NCBI RefSeq assembly: GCF_001194135.2
Contig: NC_068987.1
Location: 70,842,516-70,883,545, forward strand
Reading direction: 5' to 3'
Origin: Octopus bimaculoides
Lineage: Eukaryota
DNA length: 41,030 nt
Under the pieces are notes generated by a model. That model was given only the letters and a program-made list of their open reading frames with translations. It made no database searches and was not told the origin of the DNA. The translations under genes were made by a program, and so were the position numbers. Shown piece by piece: positions 23,611 through 36,923 of the stretch (the stretch's first letter is position 1; each line of letters starts with the position of its first letter).

Positions 23611-25023
23611 CGCAGTGCAATTTACAAAAGCGGATGGAAGGAAAACGAAAATCTCTAATGACGATATTTAATGATAACAGCCATTAGACAGAGGCTCAGA
23701 TGAAATTGATAATGTTTTTACTGACGTAACTAAAATGCTGGAATTTAGGTTTGGGTCGATAGTAATAATGTTGACAGAGAGAATCAGTTGATGCAGGTGT
23801 AGAACGACTATTACTTCACTTCCTGCTCACTCCTAAAGCCTGTTCTTCTTATCTCCCGTGTTAAGCTTCCCTTGAAGAAAACGGAAGTTAAATCGCTTGA
23901 TGAAATATGAAGGATGTTGAGATTTTTCAATTTTCTGATGTATTTTAGATATTTTGAATAGATAACAGCAAATTCTGTTGCAAAGGTTTCATTTTCAAGA
24001 TGGTGTGGTGAACATAAAATATGACGTGTTTTTATGTTTCGATGTGAATGTGAATGTAAAAGTAAAAGTGAATGTGTGTTTGTGTGTGTGTGTTTATGTG
24101 TGTGTGTCATTGTGTGTGCGTGTGTGTGGATTCTTGTGTTTGTGTATGTATTCTTGGGTAAGTGAGCTCCGTGTTTGCCTGTACGTGCGTTGTTATATTT
24201 AAATGTGTATAAATGAGACAGAAATTTTGTTTTAGAAAATCACTGAGAATGAGAGAGTGGGAGATAATGTGTTGCAGAGATCGAAAGATACAAGTTATAT
24301 TAAAATAAGTAGAGAAGAGAGAGAGAAGGAGAAGAACTCAAATGAACATTGACTAAGAGAAAGTGCGCTGAATTGTGGGTAATGTAACATGGTAGAAGAG
24401 AATCATTTGTGAAGAAGAAAACCAGACGATACATATGTGTTCAGAGCAAATTGTAAGGCTGTAAGTTTGAGAGTCATGGAGGTTTCGAGGAAGTGAAAAC
24501 TTCTGAAAAAAATTGGAGCATGAAGGAAGTTGGTAATGGGAGAAAGGATGCTATAGTGCTATAGAACGCGAGTGAAAGACGGAGGGACGAAAACAAAGGA
24601 ATTCATATGAGGAAAAAAAATCAAATTATATAGATTGAGAAAGGTAAAAGAGAATGAAAATAAAAATATTGATAGTGCTTGAAATAGAGTATAAACGAAT
24701 AAATTTTTAAAATTAAAAGAACGATTGGAATGAATAAAAGAATGAAGAAAGACCTGGTTGAACAGAGGAGGCCATCAAAATAATATGAATTTACTAGTAA
24801 CATGTGATAGCGTTTAATGACGTTTCGACCAACAAATATGGCACACATATTTTTACTTTTTAAAACAAAACAAAAAAAAATGTTTGGGATTCATAAAACA
24901 CTGATATTTACCTAATGTCATATCTGCTACTTTTACAGAGCCAGAAGTCGATTAAGTGTACAATAGAAGGTATTATTTGTATGACAGAGGTGCATTGTCT
25001 GTTTCATATTAAATCAGTCATAA

Positions 25024-25424
25024 GGTGGTGAGCTGACAGAAATTTTAGCACGCTGGGCGAAATGCTTAGCGGTATTTCGTCTGCCGTTACGTTCTGAGTT
25101 CAAATTCCGCCGAGGTCGACTTTGCCTTTCATCCTTTCGGGGTCGATAAATTAAGTACCAGTCACGCACTGGGGTCGATGTAATCGACTTAATCCGTTCG
25201 TCTGTTTTTAGTTTGTTCCCTCTATGTTTAGCCCCTTGTGGGCAATGACGAAATAGGTATTTCGTCTGTCTTTACGCTCTGAGTTCAAATTCCGCCGAGG
25301 TCTACTTTGCCTTTCATCCTTGCGGTATCGATAAATTAAATACCAGCTGCGTACTGGAGTCGATCTAATCGACTGCCCCCCTCCACCAAATTTCGGGCTT
25401 TTTGTCTTGAGTAGAAAAGGATAC
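25024..25424 (+). mobile_element. Dimeric tRNA-derived SINE family S2 with 14-bp TSD
   Basis: Unit 1 has an A-box-like gctgacagaaatt and B-box gagttcaaattcc; unit 2 restarts at ggtatttcgtctg (about 25256) with a different tail. TAAATCAGTCATAA occurs at 25010-25023 and 25425-25438. Confidence 0.93.
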
Positions 25425-25960
25425 TAAATCAGTCATAAAACCGGGACAATTGACTATTGAAATCTAATACATGGTTGGTACATGAAATGTAATGAATATA
25501 CCTGTTCTTTGCTTTCTTCTATTATTTTCGTTCCCATCCAATGAGGTTCTTTAAACCAATATAGGGGAGCAATTACTTGAACTACATACCCTTTGTTTTG
25601 TCCAAGCTGGATTTAAGACAAACGATGATCAATTAATCCCACTGGATTTCAGATCACTTATATTATTATTATTATTATTTTCATCATCTCAGGAAACGAA
25701 TTCCGGCTAAATGCTGTATATCTGGAATTGCTAAAGAGATTTAAAAAAACGTAACCGGTTGCAGTAATTATGACATAGTTGTAACTGTGTTGTAGAATTC
25801 TCATACACGAGTTGATTTTCCTTTCATGACATTTCTCTGCTTAAACACTCGTATAAATGTATGATATAAATGTACTCGTATAAATGTACAATAAAGATTA
25901 TGTTCTTGATATCTCATCACTGAAGATTTGAGGCTTTCATTATATATGCTATATTTATCT

Positions 25961-26165
25961 AAAGCAGCGAACTGGCAGAAACATTGGCACGCCGGGCGAA
26001 ATGCTTTTCGGTATTTCAGTCTGAGATCAAATTCCGCCGAGGTCGACTTTGCCTTTCATTGTTTTGGGATCGATAAATTATGTACCAGTTGCATATTGAG
26101 GTCGATCTAATTGACTGCTCCCTCCCCCCCCCAAATTTCGGGCTGTGTGCCTAGAGTAGAAAAGT
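25961..26165 (+). mobile_element. Monomeric S2 SINE (tail type of dimer unit 2)
   Basis: aaagcagcgaactggcagaaac...gatcaaattccgccgaggtcgactttgcc...aaatttcgggctgtgtgcctagagtagaaaag; possible TSD atttatct (25953-25960 and 26173-26180). Confidence 0.9.
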
Positions 26166-27084
26166 ATATTTGATTTATCTGATACAAAGTGAGAATTGTG
26201 TTTGCTAATCATGTCATATTGCGACGCGTGAGGTTTGACCTTTCATAAATGAGTCCAATAAGAAATTCAATAAAATAAATCGAATGGTGTATATTCCCCT
26301 TCTATATAAAAATACCGTATCTACTCGAGAGAAAGCATGTTTAAAATACATGATAAATTATCAGAGGCTATTTTACGATCTCACTCATTTTTAAGTCAGT
26401 TAAAATATTTTCTGTACGCAATATTTCAGTATGTGACAATTTGACGTAGGTGATTATCGATTGACACAAACTCTAAGGAACTGTAAGGATTTTTTTTTTG
26501 TTCAGAATTTTATTATTCATTCATTTATTTATTTATTCATAGTACAGAGCTCATTTTATGCAGCTGGTATTTCATGAAATTTTCTCCAAACAGTAAAGTT
26601 TCCTTAAGCATCAACATGATAAATCAAAGTTCATGCCGCAGTAATATAAGGTTGTAATAATCCAGGCATTTTGAATATGTCCCTAAAATTCGCTTTACGA
26701 AATATATTGCTGGAAAGATACTAATTTTCCGTTACATATAGACCCTAGTCTACATAAATATAGCAATCGAGATTATAGGGAAATGAAATAAAATATAATA
26801 TCGTAAATTTTTCTGAATAGATTTTCTTATCATCATAATAGTTATTGATTAAATTTTATGTTTGGAAATCAAAAGGGCAAAAACAAACTGACAAATAATT
26901 TATTTGTCGCGGATATACTTGTATTATCAAACATAAGGTCCAGACCTTCTAAATTACAGTAAGGCCTATTCAAAATATGAAATGGAAATCTTTGGGTTGG
27001 ATCTTCGTGTTCCAAGTATTGACATGGTGACTGAGCCCTGTAAAATGAACACAGTTCAATAAAATGAAAATGTAGGTATAATTC

Positions 27085-27267
27085 AGTTCTATATTTAAGA
27101 GATGAGGAATTATGTACATCATTTACATTATTTACATTATTTACATTTGACGGATATTTATCCCCATCTTGTTTATTGTTCGCCATATGTTCACGGGCAT
27201 ATGGCGTGGGGGTTAAGAGTGCGGGATACTAACCCCAAGATTCCAAGTTCGATACCAGGAAGTGACA

Positions 27268-27322
<55 letters not shown>

Positions 27323-27399
27323 CAACAACATCGAAAAATACTTTAGGAATGAGAACGCAAGATGAGAACAAATATCCGTCAAATATAAATAATGTAAAT
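27085..27399. mobile_element. Fold-back (partly inverted) tRNA-derived SINE family S4 with 16-bp TSD
   Basis: Plus-strand head tggcgtggggg...aagttcgatacc, then (TAA)n and a partial tail (27198-27399); an inverted copy of the tail at 27085-27180; direct repeat aatgtaggt[a/t]taattc at 27069-27084 and 27400-27415. Confidence 0.82.
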
Positions 27400-28608
27400 A
27401 ATGTAGGTTTAATTCGTGTATACAAATAGCATATTGCACTTTGGATCATTCAGTCGATAATGCACTCAACTATATTAATCTCATAAAACAATTATAGATA
27501 AGATAAACTGAAAGGGAACGCTTACATAATTACCATCTAATATGATATTACATTATAATATATCTTCCGTTTCCTCTTCACCTTTACTTTGATTCTTCAC
27601 GCCTGATAGTAAAATCTTGTTTAACTAAAACAAATCTACTGAAAGTAGCCAAGACAAGCAAGGTCTTAATAGATTATGGTTTTAGTGTTTAGCAATGCAC
27701 GGACAAGCATACAACCATATATTTTGTTTAATTAAAATTAAATCTTTACAATGTTGATAAGAGAATTACTCTAAATGCATAGATTATTTATAGATGAAAC
27801 CATCATCTCTCCTAAATGTATTTGTCCTAGTAGTTGGGAATCGCGAAAAAATAAAATCGACCCGTGTTCAATAATCGGTTGGAAACTTCATATCGCATAC
27901 ACAACTAATGCACTTCAGTACAAAGTCTCTTCTGAATAAAATTCCAGAATTCATGACTATGAAGACAAAAAAATAATAATAACAAGCAAAATGATGCCAT
28001 GATGACTGTCTCTCACCGTGGAAAAAATCTGGAATCATTTGACTGTCTGCCTACGGCTTAAAAAGCATATCACGAATGCTGAGACACACTTCGTTAAAAA
28101 AAAATAATGCTGTCAACTCATAACGGAAATTATTTAAAAGATTATCTCCTTTCTTACTCGTACTCTCTCGCTCTCTAATACACCACTGACTTCTCCTTCA
28201 TGTCATTACATTTCTCACTCCATTTCTCAACTTCTTGATATTTTTTTATCAATATAGAAACAGTATTCCTGCACATGATTGATTTTATTGGATTTGACAA
28301 GAAAGAAGATGCAACGATAAATGGCAGCAGAAGAGTGAAAAAAGTAAATATCATGCACAATTTTTAAAGCACAATTTGTATTTTAAAAAATTCATAAAAA
28401 GTACAATTGTGTGTCAGAACATTAATAAAGTGATCCGATTCCGGGAAATCGTGAAAGTTCAGATCAGAAACAGAAGGACAGTTTCAAATCTGAGCTACGT
28501 GCGTTTTTCTTCTTTAATTTCCTATATAGTTCCTTGTGTGAGTACACCAATACCTTCACGCATAGTTTTTCATGAGGTTAGCTATCATTTTTTTTCTTAT
28601 TTTCACGT

Positions 28609-28626
28609 TACACACACACACACACA

Positions 28627-28682
<56 letters not shown>

Positions 28683-28837
28683 CACACATATATATATATA
28701 TACATATATATATACATATACATATACATATACATATAGTATATCATATATTTTTATAAAGTGTATATCCTACATATTCTACTTATTCTATACACACATA
28801 TATACACATACACACATACACATACTCTCTCACACAC

Positions 28838-28888
<51 letters not shown>
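28609..28888. repeat. (CA)n/(TA)n compound microsatellite leading into gap
   Basis: Direct read. Confidence 0.9.
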
Positions 28889-29547
28889 NNNNNNNNNNNN
28901 NNNNNNNNNNNNNNNNNNNNNNNNNNNNNNNNNNNNNNNNNNNNNNNNNNNNNNNNNNNNNNNNNNNNNNNNNNNNNNNNNNNNNNNNNNNNNNNNNNNN
29001 NNNNNNNNNNNNNNNNNNNNNNNNNNNNNNNNNNNNNNNNNNNNNNNNNNNNNNNNNNNNNNNNNNNNNNNNNNNNNNNNNNNNNNNNNNNNNNNNNNNN
29101 NNNNNNNNNNNNNNNNNNNNNNNNNNNNNNNNNNNNNNNNNNNNNNNNNNNNNNNNNNNNNNNNNNNNNNNNNNNNNNNNNNNNNNNNNNNNNNNNNNNN
29201 NNNNNNNNNNNNNNNNNNNNNNNNNNNNNNNNNNNNNNNNNNNNNNNNNNNNNNNNNNNNNNNNNNNNNNNNNNNNNNNNNNNNNNNNNNNNNNNNNNNN
29301 NNNNNNNNNNNNNNNNNNNNNNNNNNNNNNNNNNNNNNNNNNNNNNNNNNNNNNNNNNNNNNNNNNNNNNNNNNNNNNNNNNNNNNNNNNNNNNNNNNNN
29401 NNNNNNNNNNNNNNNNNNNNNNNNNNNNNNNNNNNNNNNNNNNNNNNNNNNNNNNNNNNNNNNNNNNNNNNNNNNNNNNNNNNNNNNNNNNNNNNNNNNN
29501 NNNNNNNNNNNNNNNNNNNNNNNNNNNNNNNNNNNNNNNNNNNNNNN
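28889..29547. other. Assembly gap (659 N)
   Basis: N-run. Confidence 0.99.
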
Positions 29548-30199
29548 TATGAGAATATGTATATGTATATGTATTTTTCCATATGTGTATTTTCATACAC
29601 TGTTTTTAACACTGTTTTTAACAATTTCACCTTAATATGACAATCAGTATGTAACACTACAAAGTTCATACAAAGCTTTATACTTTAAATATATTTTATC
29701 ATCAAAGAATGTATATATGCATTTTAATACTCAGACTGTTTTTTAACATTTTTTATTATTCTCAAAGACTTTTGATAATCTTTTTCTAAAAAAGTGAAAC
29801 CGGTTAAGTAAATAAATATTTTTTAAAAATAAGTGCATTTTCAAACCTTCTTTCATATATATATATATATATATAGTGTTCAGCTTAGAAGTGATGGAAT
29901 ATTCGGCTTGAGACAAATGTGGCAGCCTATTTCAGATTCTTGTTAGAAATGACTACTTTGATCCGGCATCAATCAAATACGTTTTAAAATTAACCAAATG
30001 ATATTTTGAAAGCATTTAATACATCCTTTTCATATCAATGTGTAATATATGATAGGCATTTTATATCTTGCGCAAGACCGCGTTCAGTCACTAAATGTTA
30101 AAATGTAAACAGCGTAGTAGAATTTATTCTAAAAAAAATGGAAAGTTGAGAAATTATAGCCCGTTGAAATTTAGGATTTGAAGCATGAAACCTATCAAT

Positions 30200-30440
30200 T
30201 TGTGCCTGAGACATTTGGTGCATTAGGGACAATGAGGGATGACATATGTGGATAAATGTATAAAGGATTTTAGAATGGTTTGTCCGGTAGAGCTCCAGCA
30301 GATCGTTTGCCTCTTAAGAACAAGGAACATCATCAAAAGGGTTTTGAATATTTGTTGTGTTATTGAAATCATGTGGGTATCTATGTTTACAGATAGTAAC
30401 CTGCTTCTCACATAAATTCTACCAGGAATAAGACCAGTCC
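30200..30440 (+). mobile_element. Short 3' RLE remnant of another R4-like element
   Basis: Plus strand VPETFGALGTMR / VDKCIKDFRMVCPVELQQIVCLLRTRNIIKRVLNI resembles P.VVGALG...ELLQK.CLLGTARI.RKVL; the following ~80 nt may be 3' UTR. Confidence 0.68.
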
Positions 30441-31611
30441 TTTGCCAAGATGATAATTATGGGGTTGGGGGAGAATGAAAGAAAAAAAAGAGAGAACGAT
30501 TTACGATTGGATATTCTGAAATATAAGCAAGATCGTTGTTTTATTTTACATATGGCGGCTGGATTGATATAACTTTTAGTGTTTTCTCAGAGCATAGAAT
30601 ATATTTCTTTAATGTGAAAATTAATAAACGCATAATATTACATAAGTACCACTTTACGATAACGATTAATTACATGTGTTTATTAATTAACCTTCTACAT
30701 ATTTTACAAAAAGCTATCTAATCAAGTATATATTAATCAATTGAGATAAGATTTAACCAATTAATGATTGAGAAAATATTTGAAATTTTATATCGATGAG
30801 CGGAAAATAGACCTTAAAATATTGATCAGCGTCTAGATAGAGTCTTCAATCAATATCGATGTGTGCAATTTTCAGCAGTCTGGTTTAAAGAATACTTAGT
30901 TACTGTGTGCGTGTATGCCATCAATGATGGTGGGTAAAATTTAAAATTATAATTCAATCAACCACAATGCTAGATCCTTTGAAGTAGGTTTTAGTATTTG
31001 CTATTGTTGGTTGCCTTGTTATTCGTGTTGTCGGATTAGTTACGTATACTTCTCGTTCATCTAACAAATTATGAAAACCGAATGAAACCGAACTCGTACA
31101 TTTAGCGTTTTCCAGTTGTGACTAAACTATTCTAATTATGGTACATTTTTCTGAAGAATTACGATTGCTTCAAAGAGTCGAATTGACAAAAAAAAGGACA
31201 TTAGATAATTTGCTATTGTGAGAGATTTTGTTGCATTAGGAGATCTTATTCTATCTCAGATTATCTACACTCTTTCAGTTGTAAAATGCAAGCTTTATGC
31301 ATTCTTCTAATAATTAAGTATCATTAAGTTATAGCTGCACGTTCTATTTGGATCTGTATCACGAATCGTAAGTTATTGCGTGATGGCAACGACATGATAC
31401 CTTCACAAAGTAACATATTGCTAAAACAAGATTACTGCATCTAAATAAACACGGATTTATAACGGGTGCGTGAAAGAGAAGAAAGGGTTTTTTACCTGTA
31501 CTTTTCCAAGATGACGAGCGATTTCTTCATCAGGCCTAGATAGAATTGAAAGTAATTCTGAGAGTTACTTTTCGTGAAATCTCCTTTACTAGTGGAGGGA
31601 AAGCATATGGC

Positions 31612-31834
31612 ACCATACCCACCTTCCCCCTCTCTTAAACCACCTTCCCTCTCTTATACCCACCCTCTCTCCTCTCTTCCTCTCCCCTCCCATACCCATC
31701 TTCCCCCTCTCTTACATCCACCTTCCCCTTCTCCCTCCTCGTCAACACCCTCTCATAAGCTCATCCCACCACACCCCAACACACTCCTACTCTACCTTCC
31801 CACTCCACCCCATCCAATTCCTTACAACCACCAC
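31612..31834. repeat. C-rich degenerate minisatellite (about 20-nt unit acccaccttccccctctcttat) at gap edge
   Basis: Recurring ccaccttccc(c)tctctta units; G-rich on the minus strand. Confidence 0.7.
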
Positions 31835-32582
31835 NNNNNNNNNNNNNNNNNNNNNNNNNNNNNNNNNNNNNNNNNNNNNNNNNNNNNNNNNNNNNNNNNN
31901 NNNNNNNNNNNNNNNNNNNNNNNNNNNNNNNNNNNNNNNNNNNNNNNNNNNNNNNNNNNNNNNNNNNNNNNNNNNNNNNNNNNNNNNNNNNNNNNNNNNN
32001 NNNNNNNNNNNNNNNNNNNNNNNNNNNNNNNNNNNNNNNNNNNNNNNNNNNNNNNNNNNNNNNNNNNNNNNNNNNNNNNNNNNNNNNNNNNNNNNNNNNN
32101 NNNNNNNNNNNNNNNNNNNNNNNNNNNNNNNNNNNNNNNNNNNNNNNNNNNNNNNNNNNNNNNNNNNNNNNNNNNNNNNNNNNNNNNNNNNNNNNNNNNN
32201 NNNNNNNNNNNNNNNNNNNNNNNNNNNNNNNNNNNNNNNNNNNNNNNNNNNNNNNNNNNNNNNNNNNNNNNNNNNNNNNNNNNNNNNNNNNNNNNNNNNN
32301 NNNNNNNNNNNNNNNNNNNNNNNNNNNNNNNNNNNNNNNNNNNNNNNNNNNNNNNNNNNNNNNNNNNNNNNNNNNNNNNNNNNNNNNNNNNNNNNNNNNN
32401 NNNNNNNNNNNNNNNNNNNNNNNNNNNNNNNNNNNNNNNNNNNNNNNNNNNNNNNNNNNNNNNNNNNNNNNNNNNNNNNNNNNNNNNNNNNNNNNNNNNN
32501 NNNNNNNNNNNNNNNNNNNNNNNNNNNNNNNNNNNNNNNNNNNNNNNNNNNNNNNNNNNNNNNNNNNNNNNNNNNNNNNNNN
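31835..32582. other. Assembly gap (748 N)
   Basis: N-run. Confidence 0.99.
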
Positions 32583-33109
32583 TATATATATATAATACAA
32601 AGAATATATATGCATGTATATACACATATATGTACATACTTACATCTACATGTGTATATAGATGCATATCAGGGTACAGGACGTTAGAACAATGAACTAC
32701 AGACCACAGAACGAACACATTGGAAAACAGATAGCCACTTATAATTAATCCTTCGTCAGCTGCCTCTATTCTAACTAGACGTTTGTATGTATGTATGACA
32801 GTATAGTGTCTCTGATGAAAGCCTTGGGGCTCAGTCATTGTCCAAACCCTGTGAATGCTTGTTCAACCTTTGTAAAATCCCTATATATTACTGGCATGAT
32901 GTGGAAAACTTGGCAGATTGGGCAACCCTATCGGAGAAACAGTTGTAAGGGCTTAGTATTTTTCACTCATTTATTCTTACTCATTTGCTTATTTTGATTA
33001 CTTATTCATATGATTGTAATCTATCAATAAATAGATATAAATGAATGTCTACAGGGTGATGTTTGTCGATTGGTTATCCGCTCCATTTTCTTATTTGCCT
33101 TATATATAC

Positions 33110-33124
33110 ATAAATATATGTATG

Positions 33125-33158
<34 letters not shown>

Positions 33159-33170
33159 TGTATGTATGTA

Positions 33171-33214
<44 letters not shown>

Positions 33215-33250
33215 GTATATATATATATTATATACATACATATATGTATA
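33110..33250. repeat. (TATG)n/(TA)n microsatellite
   Basis: Direct read. Confidence 0.9.
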
Positions 33251-34124
33251 TACACACAGGGAGGCAATGAGCGAGAAAGGGAGAGAGAGAGAGTAAGAGA
33301 AGAGCGTATAATGAAACTGATTATGGATATCAGCAATATTGAGAAGGGAAAATACCTCAGATGGGAGTTCGTCGTCCTAATCAGAAATAAGGAAGGGTAT
33401 CAGTTATTCCCATAATTATTGATCTTTAAGAAGGTTAGTTATTTTTCACACGAAGCTGATGGCATGTGATGAATATATGATGGCATGTGATGAATATACA
33501 CCGCTGGTAGACGTGGTAACAGCAGTTGTATTTGCACATATTATTTCTTTGTGGACATTATATCTAAAGCAGCATAATTTAGAGTGAACTTGTTAACCAA
33601 AATTTCCTTTCTCATCATTTTAGATAGTAATTAATATACATTCGCTAGTTCCATGCATCTCTTTCTAAGCAATTGATTCCCGAAGAAAATGTAAATGAAA
33701 AATATAATATGCCGCAGTATATTCTGTCTTTTAATTTCGGTATTTTGATATTAATTATCATCAATTAATGTACAAATTTCTACATATCAATACAAAGTCA
33801 GTTTCATTGATATTTTGGTGGAATCTTTAATGCATCATACGTTCTTTTATGTTGTCAGTTCATATCCCACGCGCCCTCGATTTTGCCTTCTGTTTTTTTA
33901 TTTGTTTTCTTATAGGATTAAAGAAAATCAGTCAAATACAACAGTCTATGTCGTTGACAGTTTCCTTCAACTCAGGTGTCTGCCCTTCATTCTACATGGT
34001 AAAGAAAATCTTACATTCGTAATGATAGTATATTCTAAATAGAAACAATATTTTGAATTTAGGTATCATGACTCTCCCTAGAGTCATGATTGTTTCAACA
34101 CACGCATACCCACAAAGAACCTTG

Positions 34125-34270
34125 CAAACCAGGTACTAAAACAAAAAAAAGATAACCATCTGCCATGTATGTTATCAACCCGGAAGGATAAAAGACACTG
34201 TTTATTCTAGCAATATAAGCATTCAGTGAGTGCGTAAAAACGTAAGAAAATACCGCAAAACAGTCGTTCG
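34125..34270 (-). mobile_element. Highly degenerate S2 SINE
   Basis: The reverse complement gcggtattttcttacgtttttacgc...cttttatccttccgggttgataa resembles S2 gcggtatttcgtctg..ttacg...ctttcatcctttcggggtcgataa. Confidence 0.5.
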
Positions 34271-34560
34271 ATCCGCTACTGCATCTAAAAGTCGACTGTC
34301 CCTTGGATCATTAAAAAACACACAAATTATAACCGTAAAATTCGAACCAAAACTTTACTTTGAGCGCCGCAAATGACAGATTCAATTACATAATGGAGTT
34401 TCAGCTAAACAATAGCTGTCTACCCTCCCCCCATTTCTCTCTCCGTTTCTCTCTTTCTCTGTCTGTCTCTCCCCTCTCTCTCCCTCTCTCTCATCATTTC
34501 AAGAGTATTGCCGGCTTAAGTTACTCAACTGTAAATAAGTTGCATAGTTACTTAGGGACA

Positions 34561-34788
34561 AGTATAAGTACTGTATAGTAAATAAGTAGGCTTGCAACAA
34601 TGACATGTTATACGTAAATTATTATTCTTACATACAAATTTAGTTGGCAAAAGAGATGGATAGAGTAAGTGGGAGAGTATGTACTAAACTTAAAATTAAA
34701 TGCTAGAGTCGATTTGTTTGACTAAATTTGCGGTGCCCAAGTATAGATATTGCCTTAAAGGGTCCGCTGACTAAAACAAGTAAAAGAG
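34561..34788 (+). mobile_element. Fragmented 3' part of an S1 SINE
   Basis: agtataagta, taggcttgcaacaa, gagtcgatttgtttgactaaa..gcggtg and gactaaaacaagtaaaagag occur in S1 order. Confidence 0.55.
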
Positions 34789-35258
34789 ACAGGAAATATA
34801 AAGGAAAATCTCTCTATGTGCGAACTATTTCTCTTACCAATAACCTCAAAATTAACCTGCAAGTCTCCTGTCTTATGAAATGGACGAACACATTTATAAC
34901 GCTTTTGTAGGTAAACTGTGCGGGGTATAACAAATGGAACATATTCAATAACAGGAATTAGCAATAACTTTTTCAACAAATTATGACGCAGTATTACCTC
35001 AAAAGAGCGAATTCAATATGAATATATTAAAGCTTACACTTACAAAAGTGTGTCATCAAACAGGATAGGTGTAATATAGAATATGTTAAATCCGTTCATA
35101 GTAAAAGAAAGAGAAAGATGCGAGGGCAACTTCCGAAGATTTTTTACTGTCACCACAATCACGCACATATCAAATATTAAAGTTTGTAACAATAACGATG
35201 GATGAAGTTGTTAATATCTCTTTGAATAAATGTGGTTATCGGGTCTTAAAAGAGACAA

Positions 35259-35303
<45 letters not shown>

Positions 35304-35910
35304 NNNNNNNNNNNNNNNNNNNNNNNNNNNNNNNNNNNNNNNNNNNNNNNNNNNNNNNNNNNNNNNNNNNNNNNNNNNNNNNNNNNNNNNNNNNNNNNNN
35401 NNNNNNNNNNNNNNNNNNNNNNNNNNNNNNNNNNNNNNNNNNNNNNNNNNNNNNNNNNNNNNNNNNNNNNNNNNNNNNNNNNNNNNNNNNNNNNNNNNNN
35501 NNNNNNNNNNNNNNNNNNNNNNNNNNNNNNNNNNNNNNNNNNNNNNNNNNNNNNNNNNNNNNNNNNNNNNNNNNNNNNNNNNNNNNNNNNNNNNNNNNNN
35601 NNNNNNNNNNNNNNNNNNNNNNNNNNNNNNNNNNNNNNNNNNNNNNNNNNNNNNNNNNNNNNNNNNNNNNNNNNNNNNNNNNNNNNNNNNNNNNNNNNNN
35701 NNNNNNNNNNNNNNNNNNNNNNNNNNNNNNNNNNNNNNNNNNNNNNNNNNNNNNNNNNNNNNNNNNNNNNNNNNNNNNNNNNNNNNNNNNNNNNNNNNNN
35801 NNNNNNNNNNNNNNNNNNNNNNNNNNNNNNNNNNNNNNNNNNNNNNNNNNNNNNNNNNNNNNNNNNNNNNNNNNNNNNNNNNNNNNNNNNNNNNNNNNNN
35901 NNNNNNNNNN
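35304..35910. other. Assembly gap (607 N) flanked by (TA)n
   Basis: N-run. Confidence 0.99.
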
Positions 35911-36304
35911 TATATATATATAGGTTTATATGTATGCATGTATGTACGCAACATACTTTGTACCGAGGATAAAAGAGCCTGAAGTGAAGGAAACTAGCTT
36001 CAAAAGGAGATTAATACACCAACTCAATCTCGGCTTGCCATGATATTTACCCTTTGCTCTACATCATTCAACACCACGAGTTTCATCCAATTCTGAGTTC
36101 TACCATTAAAATAAACAATTTTTGTTTTCTAGATAGGTCAAGTAAAAAGAAAAAAAAGAAAAACATATGAATTTGCCTTCCTCTCTACTTATGATATCTA
36201 ACAAATTTAATTCATCTTTGTCAACATCGTATGACAAATTTCCTTAAGTTTCTCACCCGTTCTCCTGCTTGTCCTCATTTTCCCTCCTTCCATTCCTCTC
36301 TTTT

Positions 36305-36762
36305 CATATCATCATCACATCACCTTCACCACCATCATCATCACCATCATCATCACCATCATATCCCTCATGATCATGATGATAATGATGATGATTATCA
36401 TCATCATCATCATCATCATTATTATCTTATTTACTATTATTATTCGGCAGTCGCAATAGAATCGACAACAGTAAAATCTACTGGAGAAAAATAGCAATGA
36501 ACCACTAACTTACATGAAGGGTTGGACGCCACATCGCTTTGCTAACGCTCTGTATTGACTGATCACACAAAATATCATAAAAGAAGCGAATGCGACACCT
36601 ACACCAGTGATAAAAGGCTACAACAGAAACGGCAACAATTTTTAGGAGGCAAAATAGCAACAAAACAACAATACATGAAATCCACAACAAACAATCACAG
36701 CAGAAATATCTATGTAGACACGGCATACATTGAAAATAACAAATGATGATGATGATGATGAC

Positions 36763-36808
<46 letters not shown>

Positions 36809-36859
36809 GTGGTGATGCTTATGGTGATGGTGATGCTGATGATGATGACGACGACGATG

Positions 36860-36923
<64 letters not shown>

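Noticed and set aside
32700-32840. Hammerhead-like cores (ctgacga on the minus strand near 32755, ctgatga at about 32813 with an agcc/ggct stem)
   Set aside because: The required GAAA box after stem II is absent in both; at most degenerate Penelope-type ends.
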